In this document: positions 25,423-26,122 of the stretch, piece after piece
Layout: every line of letters begins with the position of its first letter
Position numbering within the stretch: position 1 is the stretch's first letter
From: a virus
Taxonomy: Duplodnaviria > Caudoviricetes
Direction: 5' to 3' (one strand)
Virus record (IMG/VR): IMGVR_UViG_3300030376_005596
Location: 1 to 26,122 of that record
Length of the DNA: 26,122 nt
Notes under the pieces: model-generated
What the model saw: the letters and a program-made list of their open reading frames with translations, nothing else
The model's database searches: none
Told to the model about the DNA's origin: nothing
Made by a program: the position numbers and the translations under genes

Positions 25423-25619
25423 TTAGTAAAAAACATCACAGGATTCTTGCGCTGTTTATTAACTTTCCTAAGAACATTACGAAAAACCCTATAACGGCTT
25501 CCTTTAGTCGCCCCAATAGCATCGCATTCATCTACTAACTGTTGAAGTATCCCCTCAAGCTCAGAAGCTTCTCTCTTATTCAATGATAAAACCACGGGAG
25601 AAGATTGAAAAACTTTCAT
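25419..25619 (-). CDS. Small hypothetical protein (66 aa)
   Basis: ATG start, 4-nt overlap with the downstream gene, LSLNKREASEL strand-helix pattern. Confidence 0.6.
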   Translation of the reverse strand: MKVFQSSPVVLSLNKREASELEGILQQLVDECDAIGATKGSRYRVFRNVLRKVNKQRKNPVMFFTN

Positions 25620-25906
25620 ACCCCAGATGCTGCTCTAATCAATCAGCACATTCAAGCCGCAATCGCTCATATTCGCTCCCTAAGAGCTTTTAACAGTTGG
25701 CGAGTCAAATGACACCTGCAAAGGTCTTCAAAAGCCTTAGAAGGGCCGTGTAGGGGTAAAGGAAGTGTTGCAACGGTTTTGGGACAAAAATTGTGTGTGG
25801 GGGTATTATATATGAAGGAGGGGCTGGAAGGGGGGGCCGGTGCCGTCAACCCCACCGCCAGCGCAAATATACTATCATTATTGACCACCCCTCATCCCCA
25901 ACCCCG

Positions 25907-26122
25907 TCACCCCGTCACCTGCTCTGGTAGCTGAGAAAGCACAGCAATATTTACGACAGGCTTTTCCCTTTCTTCAATGTCGAACACCGATGCGGCACGC
26001 TTTGCCACGTCACCTGCTACACGTTCCCTAGTTGCTAGTTGACCCAACCCCAGATCAGCTGGACAAATCGCCTCAAGGGCATCCAGAACCGCCGCAACAT
26101 CGTTTTGTATTCTTGCTTTAAC
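25907..26122 (-). CDS. C-terminal part of a gene entering from the right; candidate terminase small subunit
   Basis: Not in the ORF track. Open frame VKARIQNDVAAVLDALEAICPADLGLGQLATRERVAGDVAKRAASVFDIEEREKPVVNIAVLSQLPEQVTG-stop (TGA at 25907-25909). Two helices plus a terminal beta-strand match TerS oligomerisation architecture; function is inferred. Confidence 0.45.
   Translation of the reverse strand, partial: VKARIQNDVAAVLDALEAICPADLGLGQLATRERVAGDVAKRAASVFDIEEREKPVVNIAVLSQLPEQVTG

Noticed and set aside
25667-25888. 73-aa minus-strand ORF
   Set aside because: It reads through the homopolymer G/C tracts (PAPPSSPS) and looks like translated non-coding DNA; a shorter 3' gene is not excluded.

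Overview
26-kb segment of a tailed dsDNA phage (Caudoviricetes, podovirus-like virion), with no recognisable host, replication, lysis or integration genes. Two structural blocks diverge from an 84-bp symmetric intergenic region at 9366-9449. Leftward (minus strand): large terminase, a Cys-rich protein, portal, a small protein, scaffold, a structured 340-nt spacer, major capsid protein, a terminator, a small virion protein and a repeat-rich fibre that runs off the window. Rightward (plus strand): a collagen-repeat fibre, nozzle, collar-type protein, adaptor and three putative ejection proteins, the last of 2747 aa. The right end holds a 21-bp palindromic tandem array, an HNH gene, small minus-strand genes, a G/C-tract region and a partial gene that may be the small terminase. 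The most notable observations are: (1) a sigma70-family sigma2-sigma4 module inside the giant putative ejection protein, suggesting a virion-delivered sigma factor; (2) attenuator-like and leader RNA structures between scaffold and capsid; (3) the symmetric divergent hub; (4) the palindrome array; (5) strong CAGCTG over-representation. All product calls come from motif recognition and gene order by eye; no database searches were run.
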